Assembly: GCA_045586345.1 (NCBI GenBank)
Contig: JAZNAD010000047.1
Span: 1 to 53,396, forward strand
DNA: 53,396 bases
Direction of reading: 5' to 3'
DNA from: Eubacteriales bacterium
GTDB lineage: Bacteria > Bacillota > Clostridia > Oscillospirales > CAG-272
Below, one piece after another: positions 25,425-37,324 of the stretch (the stretch's first letter is position 1; every line of letters starts with the position of its first letter). The position numbers and the translations under genes are program-made. A model generated the notes under the pieces. That model searched no databases. It saw nothing but the letters and a program-made list of their open reading frames with translations, and was not told the origin of the DNA.

Positions 25425-25796
25425 TCACAGCCGTTTGGATTTGGCGCGGAACACCAATGCCGCCAAATACCCGAAGACGATCGCCGCGGCGGTGCCGCCT
25501 GCGGCGGCACGGAGGCCGCCCGTCAGGGCGCCGAGGAGCCCCTCCTCGGCGACCGCCTCGCGGACGCCGACGGCAACATTGCCGCCAAAGCCGACAAGGG
25601 GAACCGTGACACCGCTCCCCGCGAACTCGCGGAGCGGCTCGTAAAGACCGAGCGCCCCGAGCGCCACCCCTGCCACCACGTAGATCACGAGGATGCGTGC
25701 CGGCGTCAGCCGCGTGAGGTCAAGCAGGAGCTGTGCGATCACACAAATACCTCCTCCCACGAGAAAAGCCGTGAGATAGGAAATAAAACTTTGCAT
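25425..25796 (-). CDS. spoVAE: stage V sporulation protein AE
   Basis: 123-aa membrane ORF FLVGGGICVIAQLLLDLTRLTPARILV...VPLVGFGG, immediately after spoVAD. Confidence 0.88.
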   Translation of the reverse strand: MQSFISYLTAFLVGGGICVIAQLLLDLTRLTPARILVIYVVAGVALGALGLYEPLREFAGSGVTVPLVGFGGNVAVGVREAVAEEGLLGALTGGLRAAAGGTAAAIVFGYLAALVFRAKSKRL

Positions 25797-25797
25797 T

Positions 25798-26787
25798 TTA
25801 TACCTCCGTAATGCGGATAAGATGCGCGACGCCCGCGATGCTCCCGCCCTGCTGAAGACTACCGGGGTTCATCAGCGCCCCCGTGCCGACAGCCAGCATC
25901 CGCCGCACCTCGCGGCGGGCGACGCGGGGCAGAAAGACCCCCGCAAGGAGCGAGGCGATACAGCCGCAGCCCGAGGCGCCGCCGTGGATGTCCTTCTCCT
26001 TGTCGTAGAGCAGGCACCCGCCGTCCTCGTGGACACGGGAGAGGGTCGGAAGCTGCTCGGAAAGCAGGGTGTAAAGAAGCACGCTCCCTTCGCGCCCAAG
26101 GTCGCCCGTCAGGATGAGGTCGAAGTCCTCGGGAGCTTCGCCCGTCTCTCGGAAGTAGGCAAGAAGGGTATCGGCGGCGGCCGGCGCCATTGCAGCGCCC
26201 ATATTGGCGGCATCGGTGATCCCGGCATCGCAGATGCGTCCGGGGAGGAAGGCATCGACCGCCGCACTTCCCTCGCGGCCGAGGATGGCCGCCCCCGCGG
26301 CGGTGGCCGTCCATTGGGCGGTCGGGGTGCGCTGAGAGCCGTACTCAAGAGGGGTTCGGAACTGCCGCTCGGCGGCGGCGTTGTGCGAGGAGGTCACGAC
26401 CCCGACAGTTCTGAGTGAGGGGGTGGCGGCCAGCGCAAGCGAGGCGACGCCCAGCCCCTCGACCATCGTCGAGCAGGCGCCGAACAGCCCAAGGAAGGGC
26501 GCACCGAGCGAGGACAGCCCCTGCGAGGAGGCCACGCACTGGTTCTGAAGGTCGCCGGCAAAGAGCAGATTGAGGTCATCTGGGGGAAGATCGGCCTTCC
26601 CGAGCGCGAAGGAGAGCGCCATGCGCGCCATCTCGCCCTCGGCCAGCTCGAAGGACTCCATCCCGAAGCGGTCGTCCTCGGCGCAGAAATCGAAGGCCTC
26701 GCCATACGGGCCGCGCCTCTCCTCGTAGCCGCCGACGGCGCTCGAGGCGCGGACATAGGCCGGGGGGAGTGTGAGAAGTCGGCTCAT
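25798..26787 (-). CDS. spoVAD: stage V sporulation protein AD (thiolase-like fold)
   Basis: Start trimmed to MSRLLTLPPAY, whose ATG overlaps the spoVAC stop (ATGA), with GGAGG upstream. Confidence 0.88.
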   Translation of the reverse strand: MSRLLTLPPAYVRASSAVGGYEERRGPYGEAFDFCAEDDRFGMESFELAEGEMARMALSFALGKADLPPDDLNLLFAGDLQNQCVASSQGLSSLGAPFLGLFGACSTMVEGLGVASLALAATPSLRTVGVVTSSHNAAAERQFRTPLEYGSQRTPTAQWTATAAGAAILGREGSAAVDAFLPGRICDAGITDAANMGAAMAPAAADTLLAYFRETGEAPEDFDLILTGDLGREGSVLLYTLLSEQLPTLSRVHEDGGCLLYDKEKDIHGGASGCGCIASLLAGVFLPRVARREVRRMLAVGTGALMNPGSLQQGGSIAGVAHLIRITEV

Positions 26788-27224
26788 GCAGCACCTCCGA
26801 GGATCCACAGAATCGCGCCGTATACCGAGCCACTAAGGATCGCGTAAAGAAGGACCGGCCCCGCGACGGTAAAGATCTTTGCCCCGATGCCGAGCACCCG
26901 CCCCTCGAGCGAGGCATCAAGCGCGGGAGAGACGACAGCGTTGGCAAACCCCGTCACGGGGACGAGGGTCCCCGCACCCGCAACACGGGCCACGGTATCG
27001 AAGACGCCAATGCCGGTCAGGAGTGCCGAGAGGAAGATGAGCGTCACGGTGACGAGCGTGCCCGCCGTCTTTTCATCGGCACCGAGGGTAAGATAGAGCG
27101 ATGACAATGCTTCACCGAACAGGCAGATCGAGCCGCCGACAAGAAAGGCGGCAACGCAGTTCTTGACTGTGGGGGATCGCCCCGCGCGGCGGTCGGTAAG
27201 AGCACGGTATTGGTCTTTATTCAT
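26784..27224 (-). CDS. spoVAC: stage V sporulation protein AC
   Basis: Start trimmed to MNKDQYRALTDRRAGRSPTVKNCVAAFLVGGSICLFGE, with RBS AGAGGAGG. Confidence 0.88.
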   Translation of the reverse strand: MNKDQYRALTDRRAGRSPTVKNCVAAFLVGGSICLFGEALSSLYLTLGADEKTAGTLVTVTLIFLSALLTGIGVFDTVARVAGAGTLVPVTGFANAVVSPALDASLEGRVLGIGAKIFTVAGPVLLYAILSGSVYGAILWILGGAA

Positions 27225-27246
27225 AGGAGCCTCCTCTTTTTTTAGA

Positions 27247-27276
27247 AAGTATGCGCGCATGAGACAAAAACTATTC
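27247..27276 (-). promoter_or_regulatory. forespore (sigma-G/sigma-F-like) promoter of spoVAC-AD-AE
   Basis: Minus strand: GAATA, 18 nt, CATACTT. This resembles the sigma-G consensus GHATR-N17/18-CATxxTA. Confidence 0.45.
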
Positions 27277-27277
27277 C

Positions 27278-27306
27278 TTGCTTTTTGCCCTTGCATACGC
27301 TATAAT
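27278..27306 (+). promoter_or_regulatory. sigma-A type promoter of the DUF975 gene
   Basis: TTGCTT, 17 nt, TATAAT. Confidence 0.5.
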
Positions 27307-27351
27307 GAGAATGAACGCCGCCATGCCCCGAACGGGCAGAAAGGACCCCCT

Positions 27352-27930
27352 ATGCACAACAACAGCGAGATCCGCGCAAGAGCGCGTCAGCAGCTTGGAG
27401 ACAATATTTTTGCCGAGACCTGGCTTTTCGGCCTGATCGTTTGCTTTATCATCTCGACCCTTACCAGCATGGCTACCAGCTTTATCATCGGTATTCTCGT
27501 CGTCGGCCCGCTCACCTTCTCGCAGACCTATATGTTTATGGCGCGGACGCGCGGCAAGGAGAAGTTTGATATTATGGACATCGCCCAAGGGTTTACGAAC
27601 GGCCAGTTCGTCCGCACGACTCTGCTCCTTCTGCTCCAAGCCGCCTTCCTCTTCCTTTGGTCTCTTCTTCTCGTTATCCCCGGCATCATCAAGTCGTATT
27701 CCTATCGCCTCGCCTTCTATGTCGCGGCTGACCGCCCCGACCTTTCGGTCAACGAATGCCTCGCCGAGAGCGCGCGCCTGATGCGCGGCCACAAATGGCG
27801 CGCCTTCTGCATGGATCTTGTGATGTTCCTCTGGTCGCTCGTCGGCTCCTGCGTCTGCGGCATCGGTACCCTTTGGGTCGCCCCCTACCGCGAAGCCGCC
27901 ATGGCCAACTTCTACGAGGATCTGAGATAA
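27352..27930 (+). CDS. DUF975-family integral membrane protein
   Basis: Start trimmed to MHNNSEIRARARQQLGDNIFAETWLFGLIV, the typical DUF975 N-terminus. Confidence 0.75.
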   Translation: MHNNSEIRARARQQLGDNIFAETWLFGLIVCFIISTLTSMATSFIIGILVVGPLTFSQTYMFMARTRGKEKFDIMDIAQGFTNGQFVRTTLLLLLQAAFLFLWSLLLVIPGIIKSYSYRLAFYVAADRPDLSVNECLAESARLMRGHKWRAFCMDLVMFLWSLVGSCVCGIGTLWVAPYREAAMANFYEDLR

Positions 27931-27936
27931 GAATAA

Positions 27937-27961
27937 GAAAAAACGCCGCACGGCGTTTTTT
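27937..27961 (+). terminator. intrinsic terminator AAAAAACGCCG-cac-GGCGTTTTTT
   Basis: Hairpin plus T-run right after the stop. Confidence 0.7.
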
Positions 27962-28057
27962 CTTTTGGGAAGGACATCAGACAAGCAAGGGCTTGCCAAA
28001 AAGCGAAAAAGTGTATATAATGATATAATAAAAGTAACTAAAGCCCGAGGTGACGCT

Positions 28058-28717
28058 ATGCTGACCTATTCCGACGTAAAACGCGATCCAAGGATCAAGA
28101 CCTATATTGAGATGGCCGACAGGGCTCTCTCTGCCATCGGCTACACCGAGCACAACCACGCGCACGTGGGGATCGTTGCCAAGCGCGCGGGGGATATCCT
28201 CGAGTCGCTCGGCTACCCCAAGCGGACGGCCGAGCTTGCGCGCATTGCGGCGCATCTGCACGACCTCGGTAATATTGTCAACCGCAAGAAGCATTCGCAA
28301 AGCGGCGCCCTGATGGCCTTCCGCCTCCTTGACACGATGGGGATGGAGGCCGAGGAGATCGCCACGGTGGTGAGCGCTATCGGCAATCACGATGAGGACG
28401 AGGGCGAGGCAGTCAGCGAGGTGGCGGCCGCGCTTATCTTAGCCGATAAGTCGGACGTGCGCCGCTCACGCGTGCGGCAGATTGATCGCGCGACCTTTGA
28501 TATCCACGACCGTGTCAACTATTCGGTCATCTCCTCCCTGCTTTCCACAAGACCCGAGGAGAAGCGCATCGTGCTCTCCCTGACGATCGACACCGAGATC
28601 AGCCCCGTGATGGATTATTTTGAGATCTTCCTCGGCCGTATGCTGATGTGCAAGCGCGCGGCAGCGCGCCTCGGCCTCTCGTTTGGGTTGGTCATCAACG
28701 GCCAGGCGATCGTGTGA
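28058..28717 (+). CDS. HD-domain phosphohydrolase
   Basis: Start trimmed to MLTYSDVKRDPRIKTYIE. The H...HD...H..D pattern is present (HNHAHVG, AAHLHDLGN, GNHDED). Confidence 0.78.
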   Translation: MLTYSDVKRDPRIKTYIEMADRALSAIGYTEHNHAHVGIVAKRAGDILESLGYPKRTAELARIAAHLHDLGNIVNRKKHSQSGALMAFRLLDTMGMEAEEIATVVSAIGNHDEDEGEAVSEVAAALILADKSDVRRSRVRQIDRATFDIHDRVNYSVISSLLSTRPEEKRIVLSLTIDTEISPVMDYFEIFLGRMLMCKRAAARLGLSFGLVINGQAIV

Positions 28718-28719
28718 TG

Positions 28720-28753
28720 AAAAGGACAGAACTCTGCGGTTCTGTCCTTTTTT
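28720..28753. terminator. bidirectional terminator AAAAGGACAGAAC-tctgcg-GTTCTGTCCTTTTTT
   Basis: A perfect 9-bp stem flanked by A- and T-runs between convergent genes. Confidence 0.75.
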
Positions 28754-28790
28754 GATGCATACTGAATGATAAAAAATGAGGATAACCGTT

Positions 28791-29246
28791 TTAGCCGGCG
28801 GTAAAGTCCCCCGTAAGGTCAATCCCCCACAGAAGAAGGAGGTTGCGGACAACGAAAAATACAAGGAAGATGACGAGAACGGCAAGGGCCGGCCAGCGCT
28901 TCGCGCGGCGGAGGGGGGCGGCGTTGTTTTTGATAGCGGCTACCAGCCCGCAGATCTCATAATAGAGAACAAGGGCGATAAGAGTAAAAATACAGGGGTT
29001 CAGACGGAGGGCGGCGGCAAGGTCGAGGCGAAGGAGGGCGTGAGAGGCGCGCGTGACGCCACAGGTCGGACAATAGACGCCGACCGTGTGCAGGGGGCAA
29101 AAGAGAATTGCATCAAAAAGGTCAAAGCGATCAAGGAGAAGAAATAAAGCAAGAGAGAGGATGACCGTAGCGTTTGTGAGAATATAGACCGACCGGACCG
29201 ACAGCCCTCTTTTTTTATCCACGCCACTCCCTCCCTCCAAAAACAT
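28791..29246 (-). CDS. DUF2752-family membrane protein
   Basis: 151-aa ORF with CPLHTVGVYCPTCGVTRA. Confidence 0.75.
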   Translation of the reverse strand: MFLEGGSGVDKKRGLSVRSVYILTNATVILSLALFLLLDRFDLFDAILFCPLHTVGVYCPTCGVTRASHALLRLDLAAALRLNPCIFTLIALVLYYEICGLVAAIKNNAAPLRRAKRWPALAVLVIFLVFFVVRNLLLLWGIDLTGDFTAG

Positions 29247-29334
29247 ATTGCACTTTCCGCATTTTTGTGGTATACTTTATATAATGACAGTATATCATCT
29301 TACGCTGTCTGCGTCAAGCGGACAAGGAGGAAAT

Positions 29335-29796
29335 ATGAAGCCTTCCGATCCTATCCTCCGCCCGGAGGAGGAAAAAACAAAGCAAGCCTCTTACACGCCT
29401 CCAGGCGCCGATGCACCGCCAAAGAGCCGGGAAAGCGAGCCGTCCGATGCCCCCACCGTGACCGAAGAGCCCGCAATCGGCGGTACCCATGAAAAGGCCC
29501 TCGGCTCGGGTCTTTCGATCGCCTCGCTCATTCTCGGACTTTTCGGCGTCATCTGCTGTAGCTGCTGCGGTCTCCCGACGGGCGTTGCGGGCATCATCCT
29601 TGCCCTTGCCGACCGTATCCGCCGCGGCCGCTTTGACGGGATCGCCCTCGCGGGTCTTATCACCTCTATCGTTTCGATCCTTCTTTTTGTGTTTGCCTTT
29701 GCCACCTTCTTCTTTCTTGGCATTATGGACGGTCTTATGGATGACGGCATGGTCATTCCGCCGGCCGGAGCATTCTTGTTTCGGAGGTTTGTATGA
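29335..29796 (+). CDS. small membrane protein (DUF4190-like), Pro/Glu-rich N-terminus
   Basis: Start trimmed to MKPSDPILRPEEEK after AAGGAGG. Two to three C-terminal TM segments and a Cys cluster CCSCCG are present. Confidence 0.65.
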   Translation: MKPSDPILRPEEEKTKQASYTPPGADAPPKSRESEPSDAPTVTEEPAIGGTHEKALGSGLSIASLILGLFGVICCSCCGLPTGVAGIILALADRIRRGRFDGIALAGLITSIVSILLFVFAFATFFFLGIMDGLMDDGMVIPPAGAFLFRRFV

Positions 29797-30143
29797 AGCT
29801 CTTAAAAAAACTTTTACTTCTGCTTCTCATCTCTGCTCTTTTCCTTTCTCTCGTCTCCTGCAGTGAGCCGATCGAAAGAGCCCAAAGGATCCTCGAGGAG
29901 GAGGGATTCACGGTGATACGCACCGAGGAAAAGCTGCACGCCGATCTTGAGGCGCACCTTAAGGCAACGCGCCAAGGCGAATGGCTGGACATTTACGTCT
30001 TCAAGAAAGAAAAAAAGGACGCAGCCGAGGCCATGTATCAGTCGATGCTTCAAAATTATGAGCACCTTCCCAATATGATCGCGGTGCTTGACGGCACAAC
30101 GCTTATCCACGGCCACCGCACGGTATATCTCCTCTTGGAATGA
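29793..30143 (+). CDS. small lipoprotein of unknown function
   Basis: MKLLKKLLLLLLISALFLSLVSCSEP has lipobox LVSC. Its ATG overlaps the upstream stop. Confidence 0.7.
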   Translation: MKLLKKLLLLLLISALFLSLVSCSEPIERAQRILEEEGFTVIRTEEKLHADLEAHLKATRQGEWLDIYVFKKEKKDAAEAMYQSMLQNYEHLPNMIAVLDGTTLIHGHRTVYLLLE

Positions 30144-30152
30144 CGTCAAAAG

Positions 30153-30186
30153 AAAAAAAGAAGCACTCAGGGGGTGCTTCTTTTTT
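30153..30186. terminator. bidirectional terminator AAAAAAAGAAGCAC-tcagggg-GTGCTTCTTTTTT
   Basis: Hairpin between convergent genes. Confidence 0.7.
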
Positions 30187-30230
30187 GTTTGGTTTTCTTT
30201 ACCTTTATCTATTATATAGGAAGCTGTTGC

Positions 30231-30947
30231 TTACTTTTCAATCCTTTTGATGCGTTTTTTCATCCGGCGGAGGTCGCCGAGCATACGGAAGGTATCGCGA
30301 AGGACACGCACGCTCGACTTGCCGTGGCGCTCGACGGCGACGGGAATTTCCTTGAAGGTCATCCCAAAATGAAGGCCAAGAAGAATAGCCTCAAAGTCGA
30401 AGGCAAAGCGGTCTATCTCGGCATTTTGGAAGATCCGCTTAGCCGCCGCAAGGCGGAAGCCCTTGCACCCGCACTGCGAGTCCGACAGCGGAAGCCCACC
30501 GAAAACGCGGAGAACGGTGAGATAGGTGCGGCTGACGATCTTACGCATGAAGGAATACGAGGCGTAGCCGTTCTTATGCTTTGTGCGTGAGCCGACGGCA
30601 ATATCGGGTGCCCCCTCAGGGGCGAGAGCATCGTAGAAGGTCTTGATAACGCCGGTGCCGTAGGCAAGGTCACAGTCGGTAAAGAGAATGACATCCCCAA
30701 GGGCGGCCTCAACGCCCTTTCGGATGGCATAACCCTTTCCGCGGTTTTCTCCGTAGCTGACAAAACGGATCTCCTCCCGACAGCAGGCAGAAAGGATCTC
30801 CTCCGACGAGTCATGAGAGCCGTCATTGATAAAAATGATCTCATAGTCGCTGCCGAAGGTCTCCTTCATATAGTCTCCTACCTCACGGACGGTCGACGGA
30901 AGAATATCCTCCTCGTTATACACAGGGATCAAAAGACTGAGCTTCAT
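30231..30947 (-). CDS. family-2 glycosyltransferase (dolichyl-phosphate sugar synthase-like)
   Basis: MKLSLLIPVYNEEDILPSTV...IIFINDGSHDSS...DCDL, a GT-A fold signature. Confidence 0.82.
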   Translation of the reverse strand: MKLSLLIPVYNEEDILPSTVREVGDYMKETFGSDYEIIFINDGSHDSSEEILSACCREEIRFVSYGENRGKGYAIRKGVEAALGDVILFTDCDLAYGTGVIKTFYDALAPEGAPDIAVGSRTKHKNGYASYSFMRKIVSRTYLTVLRVFGGLPLSDSQCGCKGFRLAAAKRIFQNAEIDRFAFDFEAILLGLHFGMTFKEIPVAVERHGKSSVRVLRDTFRMLGDLRRMKKRIKRIEK

Positions 30948-31080
30948 ATTTCTTTACTCCTTTAGCCTACACAGGCGTTTCTCGGCTACCTCTCAGTATA
31001 TCAAATTGTATATTTTTTTTCAATCCTTTTTTAAAAGACTCCAAATGTAAATTATTTATTACATTTTTCGCGTTTTTCTC

Positions 31081-31109
31081 TTGTAATATAGTTTAATATA
31101 TGTTATAAT
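31081..31109 (+). promoter_or_regulatory. sigma-A type promoter of dnaA
   Basis: TTGTAA, 17 nt, TATAAT, in an AT-rich spacer. Confidence 0.5.
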
Positions 31110-31152
31110 AGCCATATATAATTTAATTCATTGAAGGAGAAAGGAGAAAGAG

Positions 31153-32547
31153 ATGAAAAACGAGTTTTTAGAGATTGGCGAAGCGGTGCTTCATCTCCTC
31201 CGCGAAAGATACGCACAAAACGTATTTGCCGTATGGTTTCGCGATCTCGTTCTCGAGGATCTTACCGATAAATCCGCCGTTTTCTCCACAAAATCCAGCT
31301 TTAAGATCCGCTTTTTGCAGGACAATTACCGCCCTGTCATTGAGGAATGCCTCTCCTCGGTGATGGGCTGTCACATCTCGGTCTCCTTTGTTTGCCGCGA
31401 GGGCGAGGGTAAGGGAACGCCCCCTATCTTTGAAACCAAGGAGGAGGAGATTCCGGAGGTCGAGGAGAAGGAGCCCTATCAGATCAACATCCAGGATATT
31501 CAAAATCCTCGCACGATCGTTGAAAGATATACCTTTGAAAACTTCCTCGTAGCCGACTCTAACCGCTTTGCCCATGCCGCCGCCTTAGCCGTTGCGCGCT
31601 TTGCCTGCGATATGGGAGCCGAGAATGAGAACATCTATAATCCCCTGTTTATCTACGGCAAAAGCGGTCTTGGAAAGACCCATCTTCTCTACGCCATTAC
31701 GAATGAGATCAAAAAGAAAAATCCGAACGTCCGCATCGTCTATAAGCGCGGCGAGGACTTTACGACCGAGCTGATCAGCGCAATGCAAAATAATTCGACG
31801 GCGGCCTTCCGCTCCTATTACCGAACGGCCGATATCCTTCTCATTGACGATATCCAGTTCATTGCCGGTAAGGTACAGACGCAGGAGGAATTCTTCCATA
31901 CCTTCTCGGCGCTGTATGAGGAGGGAAAGCAGATCATCCTGACCTCGGACCGTCCGCCGCGTGAGATCCGCCCTCTTGAGGAGAGGCTCCTCACCCGCTT
32001 TGAATGGGGGCAGCTGGCCGACATTCAGCCGCCATCCACCGAGCTGCGTACCGCAATCATTCAGAAAAAGGCGACCGAGGATACTCTCTATCTGCCGTCT
32101 GACGTAATCTCCTTCTTAGCTGAGAATCTGACCGAAAATATCCGCCAAATCGAGGGTGCTATCCACCGTCTCAAGGGAATTACGATGATCTCCTCCTCCG
32201 AGGTAACGCTGGATATGTGCCGCCGCTCGATCGCCGACCTTCTTCATACACCGACCGCCGCCTCCGACGTTGTTGACAAGGTCTTCCGCGTGGTATCGCG
32301 CCGCTATAACGTGCATCCCGACGATATCAAGGGCAACCGCCGAACGCAGAACATTGCAACGGCGCGCCACACCTGCATCTATCTCATCCGCCAGCTGACA
32401 GATCTTTCCCAATCGGCGATCGGCGTACACTTTGACCGCGACCATACGACGGTCATCAACTCGATCAAGACCGTGGAAAAGAGCATTCGCGAGAACCCCT
32501 CGGTCGAATACGACATTGAGGAAATGATCCGCGAGATCCGAGGTTAA
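31153..32547 (+). CDS. dnaA: chromosomal replication initiator protein DnaA
   Basis: 464 aa with Walker A GKSGLGKTHLLYAI and the C-terminal DnaA-box binding domain IATARHTCIYLIRQLT. Confidence 0.97.
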   Translation: MKNEFLEIGEAVLHLLRERYAQNVFAVWFRDLVLEDLTDKSAVFSTKSSFKIRFLQDNYRPVIEECLSSVMGCHISVSFVCREGEGKGTPPIFETKEEEIPEVEEKEPYQINIQDIQNPRTIVERYTFENFLVADSNRFAHAAALAVARFACDMGAENENIYNPLFIYGKSGLGKTHLLYAITNEIKKKNPNVRIVYKRGEDFTTELISAMQNNSTAAFRSYYRTADILLIDDIQFIAGKVQTQEEFFHTFSALYEEGKQIILTSDRPPREIRPLEERLLTRFEWGQLADIQPPSTELRTAIIQKKATEDTLYLPSDVISFLAENLTENIRQIEGAIHRLKGITMISSSEVTLDMCRRSIADLLHTPTAASDVVDKVFRVVSRRYNVHPDDIKGNRRTQNIATARHTCIYLIRQLTDLSQSAIGVHFDRDHTTVINSIKTVEKSIRENPSVEYDIEEMIREIRG

Positions 32548-32559
32548 CTCCTCCTTAAG

Positions 32560-32726
32560 TTTTCCACTTTTCTGTTAATTTTTTTGTGAATAACGCTGTG
32601 GAAAAAAAAAGACTTACGTTCCCCTTTCCCGCATGCCCCTCTTATGCACGGGTTTTGCATTTTTTGATGTGTATAAGTTTTACTTAAAAAAGGCTTATAC
32701 AGTGGGATAAATTTCAGTTTTCCACA
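32560..32726. promoter_or_regulatory. DnaA-box cluster / oriC (dnaA-dnaN spacer)
   Basis: There are several near-consensus TTATCCACA boxes. TTTTCCACT lies at 32560-68. TTATTCACA (rc) lies at 32585-93. TTTTCCACA (rc) lies at 32597-605. TTATACACA (rc) lies at 32668-76. TTTTCCACA lies at 32718-26. An AT-rich stretch follows at 32750-32800. Confidence 0.7.
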
Positions 32727-32822
32727 CTTTCCCCCGCCCCTACTACTGCTACTACAAAGAGTATTAGTTTATTTATCTTTGTTTTTACTCTCGCTCTTTC
32801 AGTGAGAAGAAAGGAATATCCT

Positions 32823-33968
32823 ATGAAGATCACGTTTTCAAGGTCCCGTTTTCTTGAAAAGCTGACGCCCGCCATGGGCACCGTCTCTAACAAAAATACC
32901 ATTGCCTCTATCGAGGGTGTTCTCATTGAGACGGTGGAGGACAGGATCCGTTTGTCTACCTACGATATGAAGAAGGGGACAGTCTCGGAGATCGAGGCCA
33001 TTGAGATCGTTAACGGAGGCAGCTTCATTATCAACGCCTCGCGTCTTCTCCACATTCTGAAGGTGATGCCCGAGGATGAGGTAACGCTGGAGGTCGACGA
33101 TCGCTTTAATGCCAAGATCTCAAGCGGTGCCTCCTCCTTCTCTCTCTTTGCTCTTAGGGGGAGCGATTTTCCAAACCTGCCGGTTCTTTCGGGTGAGAAG
33201 GGCTTTGAGATAGACGCTTCCATTTTAAAAAGAATGATAGGTAAGGTCATCCACTCGGTGGGTGAGCCGCAGGAGTCGCGTCCTATGCTCGGCGGTGCCT
33301 TCTTCCGTCTCCTTGACGGAAGACTTGAGCTTGTCTCGTGTGACAGCTTTACTCTTTCCTTTGTGACAAAGGAGTGTGAGATCAAGGACATCGGTGCTGT
33401 GAATTCGCCTGCTTTTGAATTTATCGTGCCGGGCCACGCTCTCAATGAGCTGCTCCGCATCCTCCCCGAGGGCGAGGAAAGGATCAATATATATCTGACC
33501 CGCCGCCATGCTATCTTCCATCTGGATGAGATGACCTTCTTCACGCGTCTTATCGACGAGGATTACATTGACTATCACCGGATCATGCCGAAGGATCAGA
33601 CCATCTTTGTGACGGTTGATCGCGCACGCTTCCTTGAGGGGCTTGAAAGAGCTAACCTCGTAGCCGAGGATAAGAGCCAATCGAACGGGCGAAGCTATGT
33701 GCGCCTTCTGATAGAGGATAACATTATGACCCTGACCTCGACCTCGGTCTCCGGTAAGGTATATGATGAAATGAGCTGTCAGCATACCGGCGAGAGTATT
33801 GAGATTGGCTTTAACTGCCGTTTTCTTATCAACAGCGTGCGCGCGGCCGAGGGGGATGAGATCCTCCTGACTCTGAAAAATGCCAAGAGCAGTGTGACCA
33901 TTGAGCCGAAGGAAGAGGGAGAAGAAAAGTTTTTCTATATGGTTCTGCCTGTGCGCATGTCCGAGTAA
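32823..33968 (+). CDS. dnaN: DNA polymerase III beta sliding clamp
   Basis: Start trimmed to MKITFSRSRFLEKLTPAMGTVSNKNTIASIEGVLIE. It follows dnaA. Confidence 0.95.
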   Translation: MKITFSRSRFLEKLTPAMGTVSNKNTIASIEGVLIETVEDRIRLSTYDMKKGTVSEIEAIEIVNGGSFIINASRLLHILKVMPEDEVTLEVDDRFNAKISSGASSFSLFALRGSDFPNLPVLSGEKGFEIDASILKRMIGKVIHSVGEPQESRPMLGGAFFRLLDGRLELVSCDSFTLSFVTKECEIKDIGAVNSPAFEFIVPGHALNELLRILPEGEERINIYLTRRHAIFHLDEMTFFTRLIDEDYIDYHRIMPKDQTIFVTVDRARFLEGLERANLVAEDKSQSNGRSYVRLLIEDNIMTLTSTSVSGKVYDEMSCQHTGESIEIGFNCRFLINSVRAAEGDEILLTLKNAKSSVTIEPKEEGEEKFFYMVLPVRMSE

Positions 33969-35049
33969 ATGGAGATACAGAGCCTCAGCGCCGTCTCCTT
34001 CCGTAACATTGAATGCGAGAGGGTTCATTTTTCGCCCGGTGTCAACCTCCTTTTCGGGAATAACGCCGAGGGAAAGACCAATCTCCTTGAGGCGGTCTAC
34101 TACTTCGCGCGCGGCAAAAGCTTCCGCGGAGCTTCTGACCGTGAGCTGTGTCGCTTTGGGGATGAAGGCTTTGAGATCGAAGCCTCCTTTCATGGCGGCG
34201 GCCGCCGACAGACTCTTCTCTATCGCTCCTTCGGCAGGGAAAAGGTAAGAAAGAGAAACGGTGCGCCAGTCGAGTCTGCTGGGGAGATGATCGGTCATCT
34301 GCGTGCTGTGCTCTTTCACCCCGAGCATCTGATGCTTGTCAAGGGGAGCCCTGAGAAGAGGCGTGAATTTTTGAATATTGCCATTGCCCAGAACGACCCC
34401 TCTTACATTTCTCTCTACGCCACCTATCAGAAGATTCTTGAGAACCGTAACAGTCTTCTGAAAATGGCGCAAAAGGGTGGGCCACTGTATGGCGATGAGC
34501 TTGATATATGGAGTCAAAAGCTCGGCGAGGCGGCTGCACACATCGTAAAAAAGCGCATTGACTATGTGGAGGAGCTGGCCCCTGCCGCTAAGGCTCTGCT
34601 TACCGAGTTCTCCGCGGGGCGGGAGGAGCTTTCTCTCTCCTATAAATGTGAATGTGAAGAAAAAAGCATCCCCATTTTAAGTGAAAAATATATTACACTC
34701 TTAAGAAGCGACATCCGCCGCGAGGTGGCCGCCGGCTTCACCGTCTTCGGTCCGCATCACGACGATCTTGAGATAAAGATCGGCGGTCATCCGGCCCGCG
34801 AGTATGCGTCGCAGGGGCAGCAGAGGTCTATCACCCTCTCCTTGAAGCTGGCCGAGGGCGAGGTCTCGCATCACCTCTTTTCTGAATATCCCATCTTCTT
34901 ATTTGATGACGTATTGAGTGAGCTCGATCCCGAGCGCCGTCGGTTTCTGCTTTCTTCGCTCCGCGGGAGGCAGATCCTCGTTACGGCGTGTGATGACCGT
35001 GACTTCGGTGACAGTGAGGCACGGCGCATCAAAACTGTGGGAGGGTCGT

Positions 35050-35069
<20 letters not shown>
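33969..35069 (+). CDS. recF: DNA replication and repair protein RecF
   Basis: The N-terminus contains GVNLLFGNNAEGKTNLLEAV (Walker A). It starts immediately after the dnaN stop. Confidence 0.95.
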
Positions 35070-37307
<2,238 letters not shown>

Positions 37308-37324
37308 GAAGGGAGAAAGAAAGC

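Noticed and set aside
33225-34541. 438-aa minus-strand ORF across dnaN/recF
   Set aside because: It is antisense to two universally conserved genes and has no motifs.
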